A DNA stretch of 59,932 nt, filler included. It is 4 parts of 4 records of this genome, joined end to end, with 100 filler letters (N's around TTAATTAATTAA, not from the genome) between each part and the next. Parts side by side here need not be neighbours in the genome. Positions count along the whole stretch, not along the records: positions 48,520 to 59,932 come from SRR31156797_5671; 3 more parts are not named here. One strand, given 5' to 3'. Every line of letters starts with the position of its first letter. The first letter of the stretch is position 1. A program made the position numbers and the translations under genes. Below are positions 51,317 through 59,910 of this stretch, in pieces. The notes beneath the pieces were generated by a model, which did no database searches, was not told the origin of the DNA, and saw only the letters and a list, made by a program, of their open reading frames with translations.

Positions 51317-52657
51317 ATGTCTGGATCAATCTATTTCCGGAAAGATCGCCGTCAGTGGATTGTCGCTTGGTATTGGCAAGGGAAAAGATATCTTATAACC
51401 AGATATAAAGGCCGTCTCTTACAACAAACTCATCCAAACCCTAAAAAAGACCAAGGATGCATAGACGCAAATCGCCTTTTAGCTCAAATGCAAGGCGATG
51501 TTGAAAATAGCGTTTTTCGCATCGAAAAATATACCGGTAAAGGCTATACCGACGTTATCCCCTATTTTAAAAAATGGCTTAAAACCAAAGAAAAAAAGAA
51601 ACCAGGCACAACAAGCGGATACAAATCATATTTCAAAACCTGGATAAAGCCTTTTTTTGAAAAAAACCCGGTACAGCTTCATGAAATTCAACTCGATACC
51701 CTGATGGAAATGTTAGACTTTATTCTGGAAGGGCTTGAAAAGAAACAGGAGAATCCCAACCCAAAAACAGAATTGATTTTAAAAATCCATCGGAAACACC
51801 CAGGAATTAAAAGCCCAGGTTTGTGCCGGTTGATTGAAAAGGAACACGGCATTAGAATTTCTGAAAGCTGGATCAGGAGAGTTCTAAGACATGGCGCCAC
51901 GCCCAAAACATCAGACGACCAAGTTAAAAATATAGGCAAGACAGCCTTTAACATCATGTCGTGTTTTCATACCTTCATGGATTACGCCTGGAGATCGCGC
52001 CGTATTTTCGAGATTCCGCCATTTCCTAAAAAAAGCGATTACGGATTAGTTGAACCATCTATCAAATGGCTGCCGGAAGAACGGCAAATGGCGATTATCG
52101 AAGCTATCCCCGCTGAACACAGACCCATATTTCTATTTTTAAAATACCATGCCCGTCGCCCAGGCGAAGCTTGCGCCTTATTTAAAGCGGATTTCAACTA
52201 CTTCGACCAATCTTTTTTAATTCGCCGGTCTATCTCCGACCGCCAATTGGTTGAATCTACTAAAACCAGAGTTGAACACGTCATCCCTTGCCATAGCGCA
52301 TTGGTTGACACTATAGAGCGCCTTTTAAATCAAGACCTTGACAGCCCGTTTTTATTTGTGAATCCACGCGCCAGAAAAGAAGGAAGGCGCTATACCCATG
52401 AAAGCCTTAATAACCTATGGAAAGCCGCCTGCCGATCCGTAGGCGAAGACATAGACCTTTATTCCGGCCTTAAACATTCGACCCTGTCGCAATTTTACAA
52501 TGAAAAAGGCCTTTCCGTTACAGACATCCAAGACATTTCCGACCATGCCCGACTTGAATCTGTTCGCCGTTACACTAAGACCGAAATTGCCCGGAAGCGG
52601 GCATTAATGGAAGCGCCGAATACAACACCTGTAGGCAAACTTAGAAAAATCAAATAA
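51317..52657 (+). CDS. Tyrosine recombinase/phage integrase
   Basis: Arm-binding-like GSIYFRKDRRQW; ARRPGE, TKT, YSGLKHS, DH..SVRRY; start could also be TTG 51263. Confidence 0.88.
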   Translation: MSGSIYFRKDRRQWIVAWYWQGKRYLITRYKGRLLQQTHPNPKKDQGCIDANRLLAQMQGDVENSVFRIEKYTGKGYTDVIPYFKKWLKTKEKKKPGTTSGYKSYFKTWIKPFFEKNPVQLHEIQLDTLMEMLDFILEGLEKKQENPNPKTELILKIHRKHPGIKSPGLCRLIEKEHGIRISESWIRRVLRHGATPKTSDDQVKNIGKTAFNIMSCFHTFMDYAWRSRRIFEIPPFPKKSDYGLVEPSIKWLPEERQMAIIEAIPAEHRPIFLFLKYHARRPGEACALFKADFNYFDQSFLIRRSISDRQLVESTKTRVEHVIPCHSALVDTIERLLNQDLDSPFLFVNPRARKEGRRYTHESLNNLWKAACRSVGEDIDLYSGLKHSTLSQFYNEKGLSVTDIQDISDHARLESVRRYTKTEIARKRALMEAPNTTPVGKLRKIK

Positions 52658-53116
52658 AAAGTTTCCAGCCTTTACAATTTTGCGCCATCCGGCCCGATTC
52701 ATCTATTTGCGCTGTGCCCAGAAGTCTCTGCTTTTCATTATGAAGGTTACAGGCCAAGAATTTTAATCTTGACAACTCCTTATATTAGTAGGCAGAATTA
52801 AATAGCTTAGGGGAAGCAGATACACTAAAACTCAGCATCGCCTAAAGTTGCCCTAATGAATCGTAACTGTTTCAGGTTATTGTATTCAGGGCCGTCCAAT
52901 TGGGAACAACAGGGATTTTAGTACTATGTTTAAGTATATCTTAGGTATAGCTGATAATTTCTGGTCGTATAGCATGCCAGGCGAAGCCGCTAATGTGGTG
53001 ATGACCAATGGAATACAATTGTTTGGCGCTATAGTGGACGCGGATAAGCCGCACATCTAAATTTTGCTTTGGATTAAATAGCACAATAGAAGAAAATCTG
53101 AAATGGACAAACTGCT

Positions 53117-54925
53117 ATGACCTTAAATGAACCAAAGGAAATTAACACAAATTTTCCAGAAACAAACGATTATCAAAACCCCTCGAAGTCTGAGGCAAAA
53201 GCTTTTTATGAAAGACCTAGGGTATGCGCCATTGATCTTTTGGATAAAGATATAGATGAATTAAAAAATCACAAATATGATTGCTTTATAGGTACATTAG
53301 GTTCTATTGTAAAAGTACCCAATATGAGTCGATATGATAAGCATTTTTGCTTACTAGGCCATGATTTCCCTACTAATCTTCATGAATATGATATTGTAAT
53401 AATTGACCTGCAAAATAAGAAAACTGTTCAATATGATCAAAATTTTCATACAAGAAAACACATTAAAGGTGACACGGACCTATCTTTGCTCAGTTTCTAT
53501 CCTGAAACTTTATTTGATCCAAGGGCTCTTTCGTCATTTTTCTTGAGGAATAGCCTTAGTTCTTTTATGGGAAAGGAGTCAATATTAATAGTATTCGCAG
53601 ACGAACAAGAAAAAATCACTTATAATCCTGTTGAAATAACTAATAGCGGACTCAAAACTTTAAAACAAATTGAGCATTCGATATACGATTTCTATAATCG
53701 TATGCCAGAATATTGTAATATCGCTGGCAAAGACACTGTCGTTGTATCTGATAAAGAGTCTGAAATTGCCAAGTTATTGGCACGCCATAATAATGATGCA
53801 ACATATTCAATTACATTCAGTCATCCGACTTACCGGGATGGTAATGAATATGTAAAAGATAAAGATTTCATACCTTTGATGTGCACAAAGCTTGATGAAA
53901 TTATTTCTTTTGCACAGATAGGTAAAAAAGTGCTTACTTTTTACTTCCCATATATTCAAAGTAAAGATCAATTTCTTGTTGATCTTTTTGATAAAGTTCT
54001 CCCAGGAATATGCCCAAACATATTTCCACATAATACGCAGTTCTTATGGAAATCATTTCCAGAGTATCGGTTGCCCAACGAAAATGATTTGGTTCACAAA
54101 AAGAAGTCCATAGAAGAAGATTATGCTAAAAAATTGGAAGAAATTAAAGATAGAATCGATGCAAATCGACAAGAATACGGATATCTTCATGACCTTTTAA
54201 CACAATCGGGGGAACAACTCGTTAAAACAGTTGATAAATACCTGGTTTGGCTAGGTTTTGAGAACGTAATTAATGTGGATGAAACCACTCCAAAACTAAA
54301 AGAAGAAGATTTGCAGATCGAGACTGTAAAAGGGCTAATAGTTATTGAAATAAAAGGAATAGGTGGAACTTCAACGGATAGTGAATGTTCGCAAGTTAGT
54401 AAGTTCAAGTATCGTCGTGCGAAGGAAAGAGACGCTTTTGACGTCTTTGGTTTATACTTGGTTAACCACCAAAGGTATTTACCACCAAATGAAAGAGATA
54501 ACCCACCATTCAATACCAACCAAATACAAGATGCAGAAAATGATGAAAGAGGGCTACTTACCGCGTACCAACTTTTTAAGCTGTATTTCAATATTATAAA
54601 AGGTTTTATTACAAAAGAAGACGCTATGGCATCACTATTCCAATACGGCTTAGTTGAGTTTGATCCATCAAGGGCGGTATTTATTGCTAAGCCATTAGAA
54701 ATACACCACAATGGTTACGTTGCAATATTTGAAATCAAGGATATCGAGATACACATAGATATGGACATCATTATTAAAGATAGGGGTTATTTTAGATGTG
54801 CAAAAATTGAAGATATTCAAATAGATGGTAAATCAACACATAGTATTAATAACGGAGAAGTCGGAATTAAGCTATCTGATAAAGTTGATATTAATGTTGA
54901 ATTTTGGAAAAAAATTGCGAATTGA
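53117..54925 (+). CDS. AT-rich cargo protein with PD-(D/E)xK-like nuclease motif and C-terminal beta-barrel
   Basis: 602-aa ORF; coiled coil, then EEDLQI..IVIEIKG..ECSQV; tail KIEDIQIDGK..NGEVGIKL. Confidence 0.6.
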   Translation: MTLNEPKEINTNFPETNDYQNPSKSEAKAFYERPRVCAIDLLDKDIDELKNHKYDCFIGTLGSIVKVPNMSRYDKHFCLLGHDFPTNLHEYDIVIIDLQNKKTVQYDQNFHTRKHIKGDTDLSLLSFYPETLFDPRALSSFFLRNSLSSFMGKESILIVFADEQEKITYNPVEITNSGLKTLKQIEHSIYDFYNRMPEYCNIAGKDTVVVSDKESEIAKLLARHNNDATYSITFSHPTYRDGNEYVKDKDFIPLMCTKLDEIISFAQIGKKVLTFYFPYIQSKDQFLVDLFDKVLPGICPNIFPHNTQFLWKSFPEYRLPNENDLVHKKKSIEEDYAKKLEEIKDRIDANRQEYGYLHDLLTQSGEQLVKTVDKYLVWLGFENVINVDETTPKLKEEDLQIETVKGLIVIEIKGIGGTSTDSECSQVSKFKYRRAKERDAFDVFGLYLVNHQRYLPPNERDNPPFNTNQIQDAENDERGLLTAYQLFKLYFNIIKGFITKEDAMASLFQYGLVEFDPSRAVFIAKPLEIHHNGYVAIFEIKDIEIHIDMDIIIKDRGYFRCAKIEDIQIDGKSTHSINNGEVGIKLSDKVDINVEFWKKIAN

Positions 54926-54927
54926 GA

Positions 54928-54999
54928 GCCCAACAATCGCATTAAGTCGATTGCAGTTTCGTTGCGATCTATTACAACCGATTATGCATAACGTTCCGG
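54928..54999 (+). other. attC-like integron cassette recombination site
   Basis: GCCCAAC 2 nt after the stop, GCATTAAGTCG...CCGATTATGC arms, GTT at 54993; R' box degenerate (GTTCCGG). Confidence 0.6.
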
Positions 55000-55145
55000 A
55001 ACAATTATCTTACAATTAAATACCAACAAGCCCATAAATCTCAAGAATACCTAATCAAAGTACAACCTAACATCTCAGTGTTGGCCGGACTGGTCTATTG
55101 GTGCGCCTTGAATATGGAGACTCGCATACACAGCCAAAGACAAAC

Positions 55146-55165
55146 TGGTAGACATTTGGTAGACA
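55146..55165. repeat. TGGTAGACA direct repeat, candidate integrase arm sites
   Basis: Copies at 55146-55154 and 55157-55165, 50 bp from the tRNA 3' end. Confidence 0.55.
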
Positions 55166-55197
55166 AAAAAAGGGGCTATCCTTTCGGATAACCCCTT
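55165..55197 (-). terminator. Terminator downstream of tRNA-Sec
   Basis: AAGGGGCTATCC-TTTC-GGATAACCCCTT with adjacent A run (U tail on minus strand). Confidence 0.8.
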
Positions 55198-55214
55198 GAT
55201 ATTATTCAATATGT

Positions 55215-55312
55215 TGGCGGAAGTGCATGGGAATCGAACCCACCGAGGACGTTTCCGGCGCCCCCCACTGGATTTGAAGTCCAGGAGCCCCACCAGGTAG
55301 CTGCGCACTTCC
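55215..55312 (-). tRNA. selC: tRNA-Sec (anticodon TCA)
   Basis: Reverse complement GGAAGTGC...CTGGACTTCAAATCCAG...long variable arm...GGTTCGATTCC..GCACTTCCGCCA; 8-bp acceptor stem; 98 nt. Confidence 0.95.
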
Positions 55313-55496
55313 ACTTTGTCTATCATACCCCGATTCCCGATTTTGTCAATGCTCATGCGGGTTAAGAGCTTATTTTAAGGCTCCTAATAGGTTTTGCCAA
55401 CATTTATTCAATAATTATAGTCTATTACGGGAACAAACCTGCATCAACAATCATCCCATTGAATTGAATCGGCCAATGGTCTAAAATGAAAATCTT

Positions 55497-56504
55497 ATGG
55501 ATTCTTTAGGATTTAAAATAGGCGAGGTTCGCCTGGACAATCCCCTGGTGCTGGCCCCGCTGGCCGGAGTCACCAATCTTCCGTTTCGCGCCCTGGCCAA
55601 GGAACAGGGCGCCGCTCTTACGGTTACGGAAATGGTCAGCGCCGTTGGTTTGTATCATCGCGGACCCACAACAATGAAGCTTTTGGAAACCCTGCCCATT
55701 GAGCGGCCTTTCAGCGTCCAGCTTTTTGGACGCAGACCCGAATTCATGGGGCCGGCCGCGGCCATGGCCGAAGAAATGGGCGCGGATATAATCGACCTGA
55801 ACATGGGCTGTCCGGCCCGCAAGGTTGTGCGTCATGGATCGGGCGCTTCCCTGCTCAAGGATTTCAAACTGGCCGAACAGATAATGCTGTCCATTCGTAA
55901 ATCGGTCAAAATTCCTTTTACCGTAAAAACCCGTTCGGGGTGGAGTCACGAGGAGGGATCGGTTCTGGATCTTGCTCCCATTCTGGCCGATTGCGGGGTT
56001 GACGCGGTCACTCTGCATCCCAGGTACGGCAACCAGGGCTTTGGCGGCAAGGCGGATTGGGACGTTATATCCCGGCTGGTGGAAAAATTTCCCGGCCCGG
56101 TTATCGGCAACGGCGACGTTACCCGGCCTCAACATGCCTTGACCCTGCTCAAGGAAACAGGCTGCGCGGGCGTTATGATCGGACGGGCGGCCATGGGCAA
56201 TCCCTGGATTTTTTCGCAAACCCTTAACCTGCTCCAGGGCCGCAACTTTGACCCCCCGCCCCTGGATGAAAGGTTCCAGACCGCTGTCCGGCACACCTTG
56301 ATGCTCCGGGACCATATTGGCGAAAACAGAGCCAAGTACATGTTGCGCTCCGTGTTGATGTGGTACACCAAGGGTCTGCCAAATTCGGCCGGATTCAGGC
56401 AGTCCATAAACCGGGAAAACGATTTTGAACGCCTGGTGGTTTTAATCGAGGATTATTTCGCCTCCATCGGGGCGCAAAGCGAGCCCAGGGCCGAAGTAGC
56501 ATGA
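55497..56504 (+). CDS. dusB: tRNA dihydrouridine synthase B
   Basis: LAPLAG, TEMVS, DLNMGCP, IGNGDV, GVMIGR. Confidence 0.92.
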   Translation: MDSLGFKIGEVRLDNPLVLAPLAGVTNLPFRALAKEQGAALTVTEMVSAVGLYHRGPTTMKLLETLPIERPFSVQLFGRRPEFMGPAAAMAEEMGADIIDLNMGCPARKVVRHGSGASLLKDFKLAEQIMLSIRKSVKIPFTVKTRSGWSHEEGSVLDLAPILADCGVDAVTLHPRYGNQGFGGKADWDVISRLVEKFPGPVIGNGDVTRPQHALTLLKETGCAGVMIGRAAMGNPWIFSQTLNLLQGRNFDPPPLDERFQTAVRHTLMLRDHIGENRAKYMLRSVLMWYTKGLPNSAGFRQSINRENDFERLVVLIEDYFASIGAQSEPRAEVA

Positions 56505-58252
56505 AAATAAGGGTGGCGAAAAGCTCGGGCTTTTGCATGGGCGTGCGCCGGGCCGTGGAAATGGCCCTGGATGCAGTGCACACCAGGAAGGGGCCGATTT
56601 ATTCGTACGGCCCGCTGATTCACAATCCCCAGGCCATGGACCTGTTGGCTTCCAAGGGGCTGGTAACCCTGGAATCGGGCGTGGAAGATCTTGAAGAACT
56701 GCAAGGCGGCACAATCATAATCCGCGCCCATGGCGTGCCCCCGGAAGAAAAGCGGCAAATGGCCGACAAGGGCCTGGATATTCTGGACGCCACCTGCCCG
56801 AGAGTCATTCGGGTTCAGGCCATTATAAAAAAGCATACGGCCAAGGGTTACACGCCTATTATCTGGGGGAATCCCGACCACCCCGAAGTCATCGGCCTTA
56901 AGGGTTTTTCCGAGGGCCAGGGCTTTGTGGTCAGGGGTGTGGATGAAATTAAAGCTCTTCCGGACCAGGACAAGGTGATTCTGGTCGCCCAGACCACTCA
57001 AAATCTGTCCAGGTATGATGACATAACCAATGCTGTTTTAAGCCGCTGGCCCGAAGCCCTGGTTTTCGACACCATTTGCGGGGCCACCCAGCGCCGCCAG
57101 GACGATGTGCGCAACCTGGCCGCGGAAGTGGACGCCATGGTCGTGGTCGGCGGGCATTCCAGCGGCAACACCGAACGGTTGGCTAACGTAGCCAAGTCCG
57201 AAGGCGTGCCCACGGTGCACATTGAAACCGAAGAAGAACTCGACCCGGACTGGGTTACAAAAGCGGATTCCATCGGCGTCACCGCCGGCGCTTCCACTCC
57301 CAACTGGATGATAAAAAGGGTCATTCGAAAGCTGGAAAGGATAGACCGCCGGGGCGCCCCTTCATTAAGAACCGTATCCCGGCGCATACTCAGGGCGTCC
57401 ATACTCAGCAACGTGTACACCGCGTTTGGCGCGGGCGTGCTATGTCTGGCCGGGGCCATGCTCCAGGGACTAAAGCCCGAACCGGAATATTTTGCCGTCA
57501 CTTTCTTCTACGTGCACGCCATGCACATGCTGAACCTTTTCCTGGACAAGGAAGCCAGTAAATTCAACGACCCGGACCGGGCCATATTTCTGGAACGGCA
57601 CAAGGGCGTGCTTTTCGCTTCCGGAATTTTTTCCGGCGTGGTCGGCCTGGCATTGGGTTTAACCCTGAGCCTGAAGGTGTTTGCGCTGCTGGCGGTCATG
57701 AGCGCCCTGGGCCTGCTTTATGCTGTGCCCGTGGTCCCGGATTCCCTGGCCCGTATAACCAGGGCCCGGCGGCTCAAGGACATTCCAATTTCAAAAACCC
57801 TATCGGTATCAGGCGGATGGGCGGTCATCCTCAGCTTAATTCCCGCCCTGGTTTTTTGGGGATATCCCAAATGGCCGACCTTGCTTGTTTGTCTGGTCAT
57901 ATTTCTGCTCGTATTTATACGCAGCGCCCTGGGGGATATTATTGAAGTGCAGGGCGACCGCATTGTGGGCCGGGAAACCATCCCCATTATTATCGGTGAA
58001 AAAAACACGCTCATACTGCTCCGGGTCCAGGTCGGCGTTCTGACCGTTCTTCTCATTGCGGGCAGGCTGACCGGCCAGCTCACCTCCCTGGCCCTGCCAA
58101 TGCTGATTTGCGCCGCGTACGCGGGTTTTTACCTATTCAGGTTCAAGCGCCAACAAAATATCGGTTCCATATTTTTTGAAGCCCAGATTGAAGGCAACTT
58201 TATCCTGGCCGGTCTTATCGCCTGGATCTGGAGCCTCTCAAACGGCGGATAA
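56501..58252 (+). CDS. ispH: IspH (HMBPP reductase) fused to a UbiA-like membrane domain
   Basis: GFCMGV, DATCP, TIC.AT, TAGASTP; multi-TM tail with DIIEVQGDRIVGRETIP. Confidence 0.92.
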   Translation: MKIRVAKSSGFCMGVRRAVEMALDAVHTRKGPIYSYGPLIHNPQAMDLLASKGLVTLESGVEDLEELQGGTIIIRAHGVPPEEKRQMADKGLDILDATCPRVIRVQAIIKKHTAKGYTPIIWGNPDHPEVIGLKGFSEGQGFVVRGVDEIKALPDQDKVILVAQTTQNLSRYDDITNAVLSRWPEALVFDTICGATQRRQDDVRNLAAEVDAMVVVGGHSSGNTERLANVAKSEGVPTVHIETEEELDPDWVTKADSIGVTAGASTPNWMIKRVIRKLERIDRRGAPSLRTVSRRILRASILSNVYTAFGAGVLCLAGAMLQGLKPEPEYFAVTFFYVHAMHMLNLFLDKEASKFNDPDRAIFLERHKGVLFASGIFSGVVGLALGLTLSLKVFALLAVMSALGLLYAVPVVPDSLARITRARRLKDIPISKTLSVSGGWAVILSLIPALVFWGYPKWPTLLVCLVIFLLVFIRSALGDIIEVQGDRIVGRETIPIIIGEKNTLILLRVQVGVLTVLLIAGRLTGQLTSLALPMLICAAYAGFYLFRFKRQQNIGSIFFEAQIEGNFILAGLIAWIWSLSNGG

Positions 58253-58338
58253 ATGAGCATGGTTCGCATCTTCATCAATATCGGGCCTCCGGTTCCGGAA
58301 AGACTTCGCACGCTCCTGCCCCTGGAGTCGAATAGATC

Positions 58339-59169
58339 ATGACCCGGGTCACCGTAATAATCCCCACTTATAACCGGGCCGGCTTCATCAACCGGGCTGT
58401 CGATTCCGTGCTTAACCAGTCTTTCCAGGATTTTGAACTGATTGTGGTCGACGACGGTTCAACCGACGAGACTCAGAATCTAATGGAAGCATACGGGGAT
58501 GCAATCAACTATATCCGCCGGCCCCATGCCGGAGTAAGCGCGGCCCGGAATACCGGCATTAAAAATTCAAGAGCAAGCTTGATCGCCCTGCTTGATTCCG
58601 ACGACTGGTGGCTGCCTGAAAAACTTGAAGTTCAAGTCAATTTCTTTGATAATAATAAAAATGCTCTGATCTGCCAGACAGAGGAAATTTGGATCCGTAA
58701 CGGTCGCCGGGTCAACCCCGCCGCCAAACACAAAAAGCCTGACGGAGACGTTTTTATACCTTCCCTGAAGTTGTGTCTCGTCAGTCCTTCGGCCGTGATG
58801 ATGCGGAAGGAGCTTTTCGACCGGATCGGCCTGTTTGATGAAAATCTGCCCGCTTGTGAAGATTACGATCTCTGGCTCAGGGTCGCGGCCCGCTTTCCGG
58901 TTCACCTGATTGACCTGCCCCTGATTATGAAAACAGGCGGGCATGACGATCAACTATCGCGGACCACCATGGGGCTGGACCAGTACCGGGTTACGGCCCT
59001 GATAAAAATCATTGAATCCGGCATGTTAAGCCGCGAGCAGGAACAAGATGCCAGAAAAGAACTGGCCTATAAAGCGACGATTTACGGACAAGGCTGCCTT
59101 AAACGGGGCAAGGAAAACGAAGGACGAAAACACCTGGTCCTGGCCGAAAAGTACGGCCCGGAAAACTAA
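58339..59169 (+). CDS. Glycosyltransferase family 2
   Basis: VIIPTYNR, VDDGSTD, LDSDD, CEDYDLWLR. Confidence 0.93.
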   Translation: MTRVTVIIPTYNRAGFINRAVDSVLNQSFQDFELIVVDDGSTDETQNLMEAYGDAINYIRRPHAGVSAARNTGIKNSRASLIALLDSDDWWLPEKLEVQVNFFDNNKNALICQTEEIWIRNGRRVNPAAKHKKPDGDVFIPSLKLCLVSPSAVMMRKELFDRIGLFDENLPACEDYDLWLRVAARFPVHLIDLPLIMKTGGHDDQLSRTTMGLDQYRVTALIKIIESGMLSREQEQDARKELAYKATIYGQGCLKRGKENEGRKHLVLAEKYGPEN

Positions 59170-59175
59170 GCTATT

Positions 59176-59880
59176 ATGCAACTTGCTGAAATTAAAAAAC
59201 GTCTGAAAAATGCCGCCAATCCCAAGTCTGTCGAAGGAATGGCCCGGGTGGGCATATCTCCGGACAAGGCTTTTGGAGTGCGCATCCCGGATTTACGGGC
59301 CATGGCCAAAGAAATAGGACGCAATCACGACCTGGCCGCCCGGCTTTGGCAAGACGGCATGCGGGAAACCATGATCCTGGCGACCATGATAGATGAACCG
59401 GCCAAGGTTGACGAAGCACAAATGGAATCGTGGGCGACCGACTTTTACGATTGGGAGGTCTGCGACCAGTGCATTGCCAACCTGTTTGAAAAAACGCCGT
59501 TTGCATCTTCCAAGGCCGTGGAATGGAGCAACAGGCCGGAAGAATTTGTCAAAAGAGCGGGATTTGTTCTCATGGCCCGGTTGGCGGTGAGTGACAAAAA
59601 AGCGCCAGACGTCATGTTTGTTCCGTTTTTCGACCTGATTGAGCGCGATTCCATTGATGAGCGCAATTTTGTAAAAAAAGCCGTCAATTGGGCTTTAAGA
59701 CAAATCGGGAAGCGAAACCTGAGTATGAATGAAGCCGCCGTTAAATGCGCCAGGAGAATACATCAAATTGACAACAAGGCGGCAAAATGGATCGCGGCCG
59801 ACGCTCTCAAGGAACTGACCGGCGACGCCGTTTTAAACCGCCTGAGGGATAGAGAGAAAAAAGCAGGGAGTAAGACCTGA
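59176..59880 (+). CDS. DNA alkylation repair protein (AlkD-like)
   Basis: GVRIPDLR, WEVCD, VKKAVNWALRQIGKRN. Confidence 0.9.
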   Translation: MQLAEIKKRLKNAANPKSVEGMARVGISPDKAFGVRIPDLRAMAKEIGRNHDLAARLWQDGMRETMILATMIDEPAKVDEAQMESWATDFYDWEVCDQCIANLFEKTPFASSKAVEWSNRPEEFVKRAGFVLMARLAVSDKKAPDVMFVPFFDLIERDSIDERNFVKKAVNWALRQIGKRNLSMNEAAVKCARRIHQIDNKAAKWIAADALKELTGDAVLNRLRDREKKAGSKT

Positions 59881-59910
59881 AAAGGTCGCCTATCCCAATC
59901 CTTTGATATT

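Larger units (their letters stand above)
48520..55214. mobile_element. Prophage/integrative element edge abutting the 3' end of tRNA-Sec
   Basis: Sak4-like ATPase, HTH, BRO, integrase and AT-rich cargo directly downstream of selC; other end not in the contig. Confidence 0.75.

Noticed and set aside
55075-55356. 93-aa minus-strand ORF
   Set aside because: Overlaps tRNA-Sec and its terminator
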